Program-made: the position numbers and the translations under genes
Shown: in pieces, positions 50,286 to 59,067 of the stretch
Layout: every line of letters begins with the position of its first letter
Numbering within the stretch: the stretch's first letter is position 1
The notes under the pieces: generated by a model
What the model was told of the DNA's origin: nothing
The model's database searches: none
Seen by the model: the letters and a program-made list of their open reading frames with translations, nothing else
NCBI GenBank assembly: GCA_040219255.1
Contig: JAVJSW010000059.1
Span: forward strand, 1-64,000
Origin: Sumerlaeia bacterium
Lineage (GTDB): Bacteria; Sumerlaeota; Sumerlaeia; SLMS01; JAHLLQ01
Direction of reading: 5' to 3'
Length of the DNA stretch: 64,000 nucleotides

Positions 50286-51265
50286 GGTTCGCGGTCGGCC
50301 GAGGCCAGTGCGTCCTGCAACGCCGCGAACACCAGCGGGATCATTATTTCATGATGGCCCGTCAGGCTGTAGCCCCGCCCGCCGCCGGTACGCGTGGGGC
50401 GGCTGACGACGTTCATGTTCGCGCGATAATGCTGGATCATATCGAAATTGACGGCGGTGAAGTTCTCGACCCGGTGGCCGAGATTCCGCGCCACCGTCAG
50501 AGCCTTCAGGAAAACCTCGGGCAGCAGCACGGCGCTGCCCAGATTCACCACCACGCCGCCATCGTCCAGGTCCGCGAGCTGACCGGCCAGGAGCTGGAAA
50601 TCGCGGAAGGAGGCCTCGCCCATCAGGGCGCCGTCGGCGCTTGGCTGCTGGTGGATAATATCCGTCCCCACAGCGATATGCACCGTGGCGGGGGTGCTGG
50701 TCTCGGCGCAGGCGGCCAGCAGCGACAGCCCCCGATGGGGCGCGCCGGAGCGGGCGATGGCCTGGCCGATGGCGGCCCCCGCGCCCAGGCCGCTGCCCTC
50801 CAGACCGGCCCGCATGGCGGCGAAGATTCCCTCCGCCGTCTCCCGCGCCATGCCAAAGGTCCCATCGGCCAGACCGGCCTCGACGTCTTCGCTCGTGTGG
50901 CCGAAGTTCGCGATTTCGAAATCGTGGATGGCCCCCGCGCCGTTCAGGCAAAGCGTCGTGATCCACCCGCGGCGGATCATCTCGCACAGCAGCGGCGACA
51001 ACCCGCACTTGATCGGATGCGCCCCCATCATCCACACGACAGCCCGCCGCCGCCGCACGGCCCCGGCCAAGGCCTCGACCACCGCCCGCAAATCCGCCGC
51101 CTTCAGGATATCCGGCAACGTCTCCAGAAACCCCGCCAACCCCACCCCCGGCTCGGGCACGCGGGCCAGCAGCTCAGGCCGCACCTTGCTCTGGCGCGTC
51201 GCGATGTCGATGGTCTTCACACGCGACAGATCGGCGGGCGGTCGGGGCGGGAGGCGGTCGGGCAT
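50282..51265 (-). CDS. deoxyhypusine-synthase-like (DHS-like NAD-binding fold) protein
   Basis: 'MGAHPIKCGLSP'; 'NGAGAIHDFE'; 'TVHIAVGTDIIH'; 'GSAVLLPEVFLKA'; 'GHHEIMIP'. Confidence 0.7.
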   Translation of the reverse strand: MPDRLPPRPPADLSRVKTIDIATRQSKVRPELLARVPEPGVGLAGFLETLPDILKAADLRAVVEALAGAVRRRRAVVWMMGAHPIKCGLSPLLCEMIRRGWITTLCLNGAGAIHDFEIANFGHTSEDVEAGLADGTFGMARETAEGIFAAMRAGLEGSGLGAGAAIGQAIARSGAPHRGLSLLAACAETSTPATVHIAVGTDIIHQQPSADGALMGEASFRDFQLLAGQLADLDDGGVVVNLGSAVLLPEVFLKALTVARNLGHRVENFTAVNFDMIQHYRANMNVVSRPTRTGGGRGYSLTGHHEIMIPLVFAALQDALASADREP

Positions 51266-51419
51266 GGGCGGGGGGGTCTTTCTCCAGAGCTGAACCTCTA
51301 CCGAAAGCCACGGCGCCGCCGGGGGAAAGGCGAAAGCGGAGCGACGGTTTGGGTTGGCTCGATCCGGACCAGGCCGTAGAGAAGAAGCCTGAATCCGCCA
51401 GCAGAATCAGAGAACACCT

Positions 51420-52916
51420 ATGGACAAGGCCACCAAAGCCCTCTTCGCCGCCGCCGCCTCCGGCAATCTCGCCGCGCTGCGCGAGGCCATCGACGCCGGG
51501 GCGGATTTGGAGGCGACGACGGGCGTGACCGAGGCCACGCCGTTGTTCCGCGCTGTGCAGAAGAACCAAAGCCTTCCGGCGGAGGCGTTATTGAAGGCCG
51601 GTGCCAACCCGAGGCATGAATGCCGTCTTTCGGGTTATTCAATTTCCGTGCTGAACTACGCGCTCTATCTGCAAAACACCGGCGTGGCCGAGGCATTGCT
51701 GAATCACGATGGGGCGTTAGTGAACGAACCCGACGGCTGCGGTTGGCGACCGCTCCATCTGGCGGTCCATAAAGATGAGCCGGACCTGATCGCATTGTTG
51801 TTGGCAAGTGGTGCGGACCCGGCGCTGGGGCGCGGCGGCATGACATCGAACGGCCCATTCGAATATCTGAGCTTTACCACGTCGAGCCGATTGGCGGCGG
51901 ACATGACGCCCCTGATGGGTGCGGTGGGGTGGAAGAAGCTGAAGTCGATGAGAGCGTTGGTTGCGGCGGGAGTCCGCCTGGATGCGCGGACGCCAGCGGG
52001 GAATTCGGCGCTTGTTCTTGGGGAGGGCTACCAGCCCAGGCGGCGCGGGGCGCCCTTGACGAAAACGAGCTATCAGGTGGTGGCCTATCTGTTGGCGTGG
52101 CTCGAGCTATTCCCGCCGACGGCCGATTTGGAAGGTCAGCTAACCTGGCGAAACAATCCAGTGCTGATGCGGACGACGGAGCCGTTGCTGGCGGCGGCCC
52201 GCAAACAATTGGCAAAGGACCTGAAGGGGGACGCCAAGCCATCGAAGAGCAACAAGTCCGACGAGGAAGCGGCAAAACGGGCTTTGGAAGCGGCCTCAAT
52301 GGCCGGCGACGTGGCGGGCCTGCGCGCCGCCCGGGCTGAGGGACTGAGCCTCGCCGAACCGCTCAACAAGAAACTCGAAACGCCCCTGCACCTCGCAGCC
52401 CGCGGCGGCCACAGGCTCGCGGTCGAGTATCTGCTTCAGGCGGGCGCCGATCCGCTTGCTGAAAACAAGTTTCAATTCCGGCCCTTGGCCGAGGCGGTGC
52501 GGGCGTGGAAGCGCAACCTGGATACGATCCGACTCCTGGCGCCGTTGACGCCGATGGACGAGCTCCTGACCGATGGGTGTACGCCCCTCGTTTATGCGGC
52601 CAGCGTAGGGAGTCTGGAGTTGATCGAAATCTTTGTCGAGGCGGGCGCGCCCCTCGATCAGCACGAACTGCATGGCCAGATCCTCGAATATCCCGTTTTC
52701 GCTGTCCTTTGCTCGGGAATGAGCGGCAACCGCATGACGCAAGCGCTGAGGATTCTCTTCGATCGTGGCGCGCCGCTGGAGTACGAAGACCTCTATATCG
52801 GATATAGATTCCGGGAAGCTTGGGAGAAAACGATTCCCAAAATCGCCAAGCACTTTCCTGACGTCGTCATCCGCGACCGAGACGACAATGTCTATGTATT
52901 CCGCTCCCTCCTCTAA
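51420..52916 (+). CDS. ankyrin repeat protein
   Basis: 'TPLFRAV', 'PLHLAV', 'TPLHLAARGGH', 'GADP' repeats. Confidence 0.9.
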   Translation: MDKATKALFAAAASGNLAALREAIDAGADLEATTGVTEATPLFRAVQKNQSLPAEALLKAGANPRHECRLSGYSISVLNYALYLQNTGVAEALLNHDGALVNEPDGCGWRPLHLAVHKDEPDLIALLLASGADPALGRGGMTSNGPFEYLSFTTSSRLAADMTPLMGAVGWKKLKSMRALVAAGVRLDARTPAGNSALVLGEGYQPRRRGAPLTKTSYQVVAYLLAWLELFPPTADLEGQLTWRNNPVLMRTTEPLLAAARKQLAKDLKGDAKPSKSNKSDEEAAKRALEAASMAGDVAGLRAARAEGLSLAEPLNKKLETPLHLAARGGHRLAVEYLLQAGADPLAENKFQFRPLAEAVRAWKRNLDTIRLLAPLTPMDELLTDGCTPLVYAASVGSLELIEIFVEAGAPLDQHELHGQILEYPVFAVLCSGMSGNRMTQALRILFDRGAPLEYEDLYIGYRFREAWEKTIPKIAKHFPDVVIRDRDDNVYVFRSLL

Positions 52917-52924
52917 GGCCACCG

Positions 52925-54511
52925 ATGCGCGACCCTGCCCTTGACAGCCTCCTCGCCCAAGCCGCCCGCCGGGGCGATGTGGCGGAGATGGAGACTTTGG
53001 TCTCGCAAGGCGCCGATCCGCGGGCGGTGGGGGTGCTCTTTGCCGCGGCGCAGGAGGGGCAGGTGCTCAGCGTGGATTGGCTGATCGAACGCGGGGCGGA
53101 CCCCTCGGCGCGCGATGGAGAGGGGCGCAACGTCCTGGAAGCCGCGATGCTGCGAAACCGGGCGGCGTTGGTCAAAGCGCTGCTCGACCGGGGTCTTTTC
53201 GCCGAACCGGACGAGCGCGGGTTTCTGCCGATCCACATGGCGGCGCTCTGTGGGAATCAGTCGATTGTGGAGACGGTGCTGGATTGCGGCGGCGACATCG
53301 AAGGACCCGCCGGAAAGGCAGAGGCTAATGGTTTGCAGAAGTGGTTTCTCAGAAGATTCTTTGACGTGCTGAGCGCTCCCACAGAATTGGAGGATGCCCG
53401 CCCACTTCACATTGCGGTTTTGGCCTCAAACTTGAGTGCTGTGAAGGTGCTTCTCAAATTTGGAGCCTCTGTTCACTCATTAGACGCGCACGGACGAACG
53501 CCGCTGCACTATGATGTCGGAGACAGCTTTGAACCTCACAGGCTGATATTTGCATGCGGCGGAAGCATGCGTGAAATGGACAGTAGCGGCAAGCCCCCAA
53601 CCTACTTCTTGGAACACCAGGACGAAGTGTGGGTTCGGGGACTGCTCCGCCAGGAGCACGCCTCCCTGATCCGAGCACGCGAGAAGGTCCTTTCCGGCGG
53701 CCCCAGGCCAAAATTCAAGCCTAAGTCCGCCAGCAAGAAGCTCTCAGCCGAACTCCTGACGCGGATGGAGCAGGCGGCGATCAGCGGCGACATCGGCGGA
53801 TTGCGGTCTGCCATCGGCCAGGGCGTTGCCGTGGACCAGCGCCTTCGCAGGGGCAAGACACGGGCGATTCATCTCGCGGCGGAGTACGGCCACAGCCTCG
53901 CCATCGAATACCTGATCCAGGCCGGGGCCGATCCGCTGGCTCTGGACGGCGGAGGCAAGTCGCCGATCCACCGCGCGGCGGCTTCGGGCCGGGCCGAAGC
54001 GGTTCGTGTGCTCCTGGACCATGGAACGCCACCGGAACACATGGACAGGTCCGAACGCACACCGCTCGTGGCCGCCGCCGAGCGCGACGGCAACGCCGAG
54101 ACCATCCGCGTCCTGATCGAGGGCGGCGCGGCCGTGGACCAGGCGATGACCAAGAATTACTACGCGGGCCAGACGGCGTTGTTCTTTGCCGTGGCGCGGC
54201 TCAGAGACGACGTGGTCGAAGCACTCCTGGAATGCGGCGCCAACGCCAACCATCGCGATCATCAAGATCGAACGCCGCTGCTGTGGATGGCGGAATTGGC
54301 GGCCTATCAGGTGGAAATGGGACCAACCTCGCCCAGCCGCCGCGTGGCCGAACTCCTGCTCGAGGCTGGCTGCGACCCCAACCTCAAAAACCGCCGAGGC
54401 TACACCATCCACGACGCGGATTACTCGTTCCTGAATCGCGAATTCGCGACGTTTCTTTCGCAGACCGTCCGGCAATTCGAGTCGCGCCAGCGCAAGGCGA
54501 AGAAATCATAA
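52925..54511 (+). CDS. ankyrin repeat protein
   Basis: 'PIHMAA', 'GRTPLHY', 'IHLAAEYGH', 'RTPLVAAA'. Confidence 0.9.
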   Translation: MRDPALDSLLAQAARRGDVAEMETLVSQGADPRAVGVLFAAAQEGQVLSVDWLIERGADPSARDGEGRNVLEAAMLRNRAALVKALLDRGLFAEPDERGFLPIHMAALCGNQSIVETVLDCGGDIEGPAGKAEANGLQKWFLRRFFDVLSAPTELEDARPLHIAVLASNLSAVKVLLKFGASVHSLDAHGRTPLHYDVGDSFEPHRLIFACGGSMREMDSSGKPPTYFLEHQDEVWVRGLLRQEHASLIRAREKVLSGGPRPKFKPKSASKKLSAELLTRMEQAAISGDIGGLRSAIGQGVAVDQRLRRGKTRAIHLAAEYGHSLAIEYLIQAGADPLALDGGGKSPIHRAAASGRAEAVRVLLDHGTPPEHMDRSERTPLVAAAERDGNAETIRVLIEGGAAVDQAMTKNYYAGQTALFFAVARLRDDVVEALLECGANANHRDHQDRTPLLWMAELAAYQVEMGPTSPSRRVAELLLEAGCDPNLKNRRGYTIHDADYSFLNREFATFLSQTVRQFESRQRKAKKS

Positions 54512-54569
54512 GCCTTGTCTTTACAGTCTTTAAACAGTTAGGGATCAAAGGACGGAAGCTTTTTGAAGG

Positions 54570-55256
54570 TCATGGAAATCGCCACGGATCCCCATATCTA
54601 TCCGTGCCAATCCGTGGCTTTACCTCGCCCACCAACCGCCCCCAATCCGGCTCCCCGCCCAGCACCACCGTCTTCCACGCATCCTCGGCCCCGTCGGCCT
54701 CCAGCAACCGCTCCTCCGTCACCGCCAGGATATCCGCGTCGCCGATGATTTCCTGGGCCCGGCGGCGGATGACGCGCGGGTTGGTCTTTGCCTTGGTCGG
54801 GTCTTCGGCGAGCACCACCACCAGCCGCCCGGCCTGGAATTGACGGATCAGGTGCGCCGCCTCGAAGCCGAGCACGACCAGCACATCCGCCCGCTCAAAG
54901 CCCGCCTCGCGCACGATGTCTCCGGCGCGGGGGCGGCTGAAAAGTTCATTGCCGTTCCAGGTTCCATTGCTGTCGAACAGCGGCCACCGCCGCACCGGCA
55001 GCCACGTCCAGGGCGTGAAGACAAAGAGGCCCTCGCACGGATAATGACCCGCCGCCGACTCGCTCCGGCGCGCCGTGCGCCCCGCCCGCCGCGTACCCGC
55101 CAGAGCATCCCACGGCGACACCGGCGGCGCCACATAGGCCACGCGTTGGCCCTCAGCAAGAAGAAACCGCGCGAGGCCACTGGCCCGCGAACCCTCGCCC
55201 CCCCAAGGCCCATCCGCCAGAATCCCCCAGCGTTCCAGCTCCCCGGCGCCGATCAT
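54570..55256 (-). CDS. glycosyltransferase (GT-B) N-terminal-domain-like protein, possibly truncated
   Basis: 'V.YVAPPVSPW', 'FTPWTWLP', 'ADILAVT'; only 228 aa; last residues are encoded by the hairpin element. Confidence 0.5.
   Translation of the reverse strand: MIGAGELERWGILADGPWGGEGSRASGLARFLLAEGQRVAYVAPPVSPWDALAGTRRAGRTARRSESAAGHYPCEGLFVFTPWTWLPVRRWPLFDSNGTWNGNELFSRPRAGDIVREAGFERADVLVVLGFEAAHLIRQFQAGRLVVVLAEDPTKAKTNPRVIRRRAQEIIGDADILAVTEERLLEADGAEDAWKTVVLGGEPDWGRLVGEVKPRIGTDRYGDPWRFP
54581..54618. repeat. internally deleted copy of the 49177-49286 hairpin element
   Basis: gccacggat-ccccatat-ctatccgtgccaatccgtggc; 54598-54618 is identical to 49266-49286. Confidence 0.85.
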
Positions 55257-55270
55257 CGCCCCTCACCACC

Positions 55271-55298
55271 CACGCAGCACGCAGCACGCAGAACGAAG
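55271..55298. repeat. heptamer tandem repeat (CACGCAG)x3 plus a degenerate copy
   Basis: cacgcag cacgcag cacgcag aacgaag in a 52-bp intergenic gap. Confidence 0.85.
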
Positions 55299-55308
55299 CA
55301 TGCTTGCA

Positions 55309-56232
55309 TCAAAACGTCTCGATTTCGATATCGATTACGCCCAGGTCCCACTCGCGGTTCTGGTTCACCACGACGCCGAATTCCACGCGCCGGATGCGTG
55401 AGCGGCGCGGATCGAAGTCGCGCTCCATCAGCGCCTGCGTTTCCAGCGACGCCATGCGGCTGATCGCCAGCGTCGAGAGAATGAAGACGTCCGCCACCCC
55501 CTCGGTCAACTGGTCCGTGAAGGTCCCGCCAGAAGTGGTCGCGGCGTTCAGAAACCCTGACTTCATCTGTGGATTCGTGCCGGAGACGTAGCGGGTCGTC
55601 ATGCGGATATCATAGCGTTGCATCACGCTCAGGGCCGCTTCCTCCCCGACGGAGTCCAGGTTCAGCGTCCGGATCACGCCCTGCGCGGCGCCGTCGCTGG
55701 CGAGCTTGAACGCCCGCCCGGCGGTCTCGACCCGAAGCCGGTGGGCCTGCACCTCCAGGGACTCCAGCTCCTGGCGCATCTGCGATTTTTGCTGCTCCAT
55801 GCGCGAACTGAGGGCTCGCACCGCCGCGTAGTCGGCCTGTGAACGGGGGCGCCAATCGGCGATGGAGGCGGGCGAGGGGCGCGACTCTTCCAGCAGCTCC
55901 ACCATCTCCGAGACCGCTTCGGGCTGAGGTTCCTGGATCGGCCGGTCCGTCGGATCGACCGCCGTGGCGGCGGTTTCCGCGACGAACTGGGGCGCTGGGG
56001 GCTGGAGCGGGGAAGTGTCCAAAACCATGCGCAGACTCGGCGGTTCGGCGCGCGCGGCCTGCTTCGACTCGATCGTGTGAGTCAGAGAAAAAACCAGCGC
56101 CAGCATCCCCGCGCAGGCGGCCAGAATGGTGCCCGCGTGGCGCTCGGCCCAGTGCTCCGGGCGGCTCGGCGCGAAAATGGCTCCCCAGGTGTGTCCATCC
56201 CCAGGGGCCGTCTGGCGATCAGCCCCGTCCAT
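55309..56232 (-). CDS. single-pass membrane hypothetical protein with coiled coil
   Basis: N-terminal TM, Pro-rich linker; GGAG RBS; follows the FecR-like gene. Confidence 0.7.
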   Translation of the reverse strand: MDGADRQTAPGDGHTWGAIFAPSRPEHWAERHAGTILAACAGMLALVFSLTHTIESKQAARAEPPSLRMVLDTSPLQPPAPQFVAETAATAVDPTDRPIQEPQPEAVSEMVELLEESRPSPASIADWRPRSQADYAAVRALSSRMEQQKSQMRQELESLEVQAHRLRVETAGRAFKLASDGAAQGVIRTLNLDSVGEEAALSVMQRYDIRMTTRYVSGTNPQMKSGFLNAATTSGGTFTDQLTEGVADVFILSTLAISRMASLETQALMERDFDPRRSRIRRVEFGVVVNQNREWDLGVIDIEIETF

Positions 56233-56250
56233 TCGTCTGCACTCGCTCCG

Positions 56251-57900
56251 TTACAGGGTGCCTGGCTGGCCCGCCGCCCGCTGCTCTTGCGGGATGGCTT
56301 CCAACAGGGTCTGCGCGTCGTAATCCGGGTTTTCCTGAATCGACTCGATCTGCTTGAACGCGATGATGCTTGGCATGTCCAGCGGCTCCTTGCCCCGGTT
56401 GTCCTGGGCGTCCTCGCCAAGACTGTAAACCACGCCGTACACGTTGCCCGAGTGGGGGGAGACCTGCGCCAGGTAACGCAGCGGTCGGTTCCACGCGTCG
56501 CGCGGAGGAATTTCGCCGTCCCAATAGGGACCGTTCCAGCCCGGCTTGTCCGCCGAATTCTGGCGCAACACCCCGAAGCCCATCTCCGTCGTCGGCACGT
56601 GGCCCGTGTCGGCGGCGTAGCTCTTGAACGCGTTGGCGATCTGGTCGATGAAATCGCGCATGTTGTTGATCTGGATTTGGCGGTTCGTCGTCTGCACGAT
56701 CGCCGTGTATTCCTTTTGCTGCTGCACGTTTTGGCTCACGATGCTTTGGATCGCGGCGCCGCCGGCGCCACCGCCGATGCCGCCCAGGCCCGCGATCGTC
56801 TCAGCGCCCCAGCGATCCCACTGCTCCCACTCGGCCCGAATCGAAGCGTCCAGGTCCTGCACCGTCCCCAGCACACCGTCCGGCGCCACGCTGATCATCT
56901 TGCCACCGGGCACCCGCTGGCTCGCCTGCGTCTTCAACGACGCCACGTCCACCTGGCCTTCGAGCACAGCGATGTTGTAACCCAGGGGGCCCTCGTCGCT
57001 GACGCGGAACACCGTGCCCACCACACCGGCGGTCACCACTGGGGTGCGAACTTCGAAATCTTTGCCGCTGTTCACCTCGCTCCAAATCGCACCGGTCATC
57101 AATTCGATGGTCACTTTGTCATCGGACACCTCGACCAACTCGACTTCCGTGCGCTCCGGCAGACGCACCGTGTCCTGGCCGCCTCGGAGAACCATCCGGG
57201 CGCGCGCATCCGAATCGGTCTTCACGTTGCTGCCCAGCAGCAGGTTCGTCGCCTCGCGGTCCGCCGGCGCATAGTCCTCGTCCTCAGTCGCTCGGACCTG
57301 CACGACGCCCTCGCCCGCCTTGCCGAACAGCACGCCGTCGATGCCCTGGGGCACCGCCGGAATCACGATCTCCTCGATTTCCAGGGCCGGCGCCCCGGTC
57401 GCTCCGGGGGCGAAGGGCGAAGCATCGCCCGCGTCCGCCAGCACCGTCGCCGAGAAGGGATTGAAACCGCCAGCGGCCTCATCGTCCCCGCCAAAGCCGC
57501 CGAAGGGCTCGGCCCCACCGGCGTCGCCGCCGCCGCCAAAGAGCGCGCTCACATCGTCGCCGCCATCGCCCGAGCCCAGCCCGAACGGATTCGTATCCGC
57601 GGCGAAGCCAAACGGATCCTCCGGTTGATTCATCGATACCTGCGGGTCTTCCACCTTGGCCGTTTCGCCACTGCCGCGGATGATCTGCTTCAAGTTCATC
57701 TTGAAGAACCGCAACTCGCCGTAGCGTTCCGTACGCAGCCGAATGACCTCATCGTCTTCGTAGACGATTTCCCCCTCCACGCGGTTGTCTCTCACCGTCA
57801 GCACACCGTCGGCGAAAGCCTGACCGGCGGGGCAGGCGAGCGCCAGCAAAGTGGCCAGGGAAAGAAAAGGGGAGATCCGGCGGCGGGGTTTGGCGGTCAC
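56251..57900 (-). CDS. secreted FecR-domain / GspG pseudopilin C-terminal-domain fusion
   Basis: signal peptide ending AFA; FecR 'FEVRTPVVTAGVVGTVFRV...VLEGQVDV'; T2SSG-like 'GWNGPY....PRDAWNRPLRY...YSLGED'. Confidence 0.75.
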   Translation of the reverse strand: MTAKPRRRISPFLSLATLLALACPAGQAFADGVLTVRDNRVEGEIVYEDDEVIRLRTERYGELRFFKMNLKQIIRGSGETAKVEDPQVSMNQPEDPFGFAADTNPFGLGSGDGGDDVSALFGGGGDAGGAEPFGGFGGDDEAAGGFNPFSATVLADAGDASPFAPGATGAPALEIEEIVIPAVPQGIDGVLFGKAGEGVVQVRATEDEDYAPADREATNLLLGSNVKTDSDARARMVLRGGQDTVRLPERTEVELVEVSDDKVTIELMTGAIWSEVNSGKDFEVRTPVVTAGVVGTVFRVSDEGPLGYNIAVLEGQVDVASLKTQASQRVPGGKMISVAPDGVLGTVQDLDASIRAEWEQWDRWGAETIAGLGGIGGGAGGAAIQSIVSQNVQQQKEYTAIVQTTNRQIQINNMRDFIDQIANAFKSYAADTGHVPTTEMGFGVLRQNSADKPGWNGPYWDGEIPPRDAWNRPLRYLAQVSPHSGNVYGVVYSLGEDAQDNRGKEPLDMPSIIAFKQIESIQENPDYDAQTLLEAIPQEQRAAGQPGTL

Positions 57901-57989
57901 GGCGATCAGTCCTTATAAGTCGGTAACAACTCCTCGCGGCCGCGTTCCACGGCCCCAGAGGATTACGGTGTTTTGATGGGCGATGGTCT

Positions 57990-58040
57990 TTGCCGTCAAG
58001 CGAAGGCAAGACAAAAAGCCTTGCCGTCGCCTCAGGGCAA
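57990..58040. promoter_or_regulatory. two TTGCC-N10-GGCAA palindromes 31 bp apart
   Basis: 57990-58009 ttgccgtcaagcgaaggcaa; 58021-58040 ttgccgtcgcctcagggcaa. Confidence 0.55.
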
Positions 58041-58093
58041 AGCGTTCCGGAAGCGGCGCGGTCGCCAATCTCCGGAACGCCTGTGGCCCGATC

Positions 58094-58861
58094 TCACTCG
58101 CTCGGCTTCGTCGTCGGTTGCGTCGAAGGGGCTGAATCCGGCTGGCTCGCCGGTTCGCCACCCATCGAATCGTCCTCGCCGCCAGAGGCTGCCGCCCAAG
58201 GCTTCTGCTCCGCCGGCGTGCCCGCCGGAACCTTCGCCACGGTCACCTTCTCCATCACGATCTTCTCGCTCGGCTTTTGAGTGCGCGCATTGCCGACCGC
58301 CTCGATCGCGTCCACCACGTCCTTGCCTTCGACCACTTTGCCGAAGACCGTGAAATCCCCATCCAGGTGAGCCGGATGGCTGCCCTTCGTGGTGATGAAG
58401 AACTGCGAGCCGCTGTTGCCCGCCGCGCTGCGAGCCATCGACAGCGCGTAATCGAAGTCCTTGAAGGAGTAGTCGTTGTCCTCGTCATCGAGACGGAAGC
58501 CGGGGCCACCGGTGCCGGTGCCCAGCGGATCGCCGCCCTGAATCACGAAACCGGGCACCACGCGGTGGAAGGTCAGTCCGTCGAAGAAGGGCTTCTTTTC
58601 CTTCTGGCCCGTCCGCGGGTCCACGGACACCTTCGTGCCCTCGATCAGGTTCACGAAGTTCTGGGTCAGGATCGGGCTCTCCTTGCCGAACAGTTCGATC
58701 ACGATCTGTCCCTTGTTGGTGTCCATCACCACGTAATGGTCTTTCGTCTGATCCAGTGCGGGTCCGTCCACTTTCTCGTTTCCTTGTGCGGGAGTCACGG
58801 CCGGGGCGGACGCCAGAAGCACCGCCGAAGCCAGAGTGAGGAGTTTGTTCCAAAGGCGCAT
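58094..58861 (-). CDS. cyclophilin-type peptidyl-prolyl isomerase, exported
   Basis: signal peptide; 'FHRVVPGFVIQGGDP'; 'SGSQFFIT'; 'HLDGDFTVFGKV'. Confidence 0.95.
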   Translation of the reverse strand: MRLWNKLLTLASAVLLASAPAVTPAQGNEKVDGPALDQTKDHYVVMDTNKGQIVIELFGKESPILTQNFVNLIEGTKVSVDPRTGQKEKKPFFDGLTFHRVVPGFVIQGGDPLGTGTGGPGFRLDDEDNDYSFKDFDYALSMARSAAGNSGSQFFITTKGSHPAHLDGDFTVFGKVVEGKDVVDAIEAVGNARTQKPSEKIVMEKVTVAKVPAGTPAEQKPWAAASGGEDDSMGGEPASQPDSAPSTQPTTKPSE

Positions 58862-59067
58862 GAGTTCGTAGGGTTCCTTTTCGTCTCCAGAGAATTTCAT
58901 TCGCTACAGACCACTCCTACCCGCCCCGTGTTCCCGGCCACAACGAAGATTTTCGTGGGCGGGAAGGGGGAGATGGGGCGAGAGCGGGGGAGGCTTCTTG
59001 CCAGCAGCCAAGGGCCGCCGTCTTTGAAGGAGCGGACCACCGTCGCACTTGGATACGGCCGATCCGC

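Noticed and set aside
57900-57990. sigma54 promoter downstream of the twin palindromes
   Set aside because: The best match (TGGAACGCGGCCGC) has GG-GC spacing off by one.
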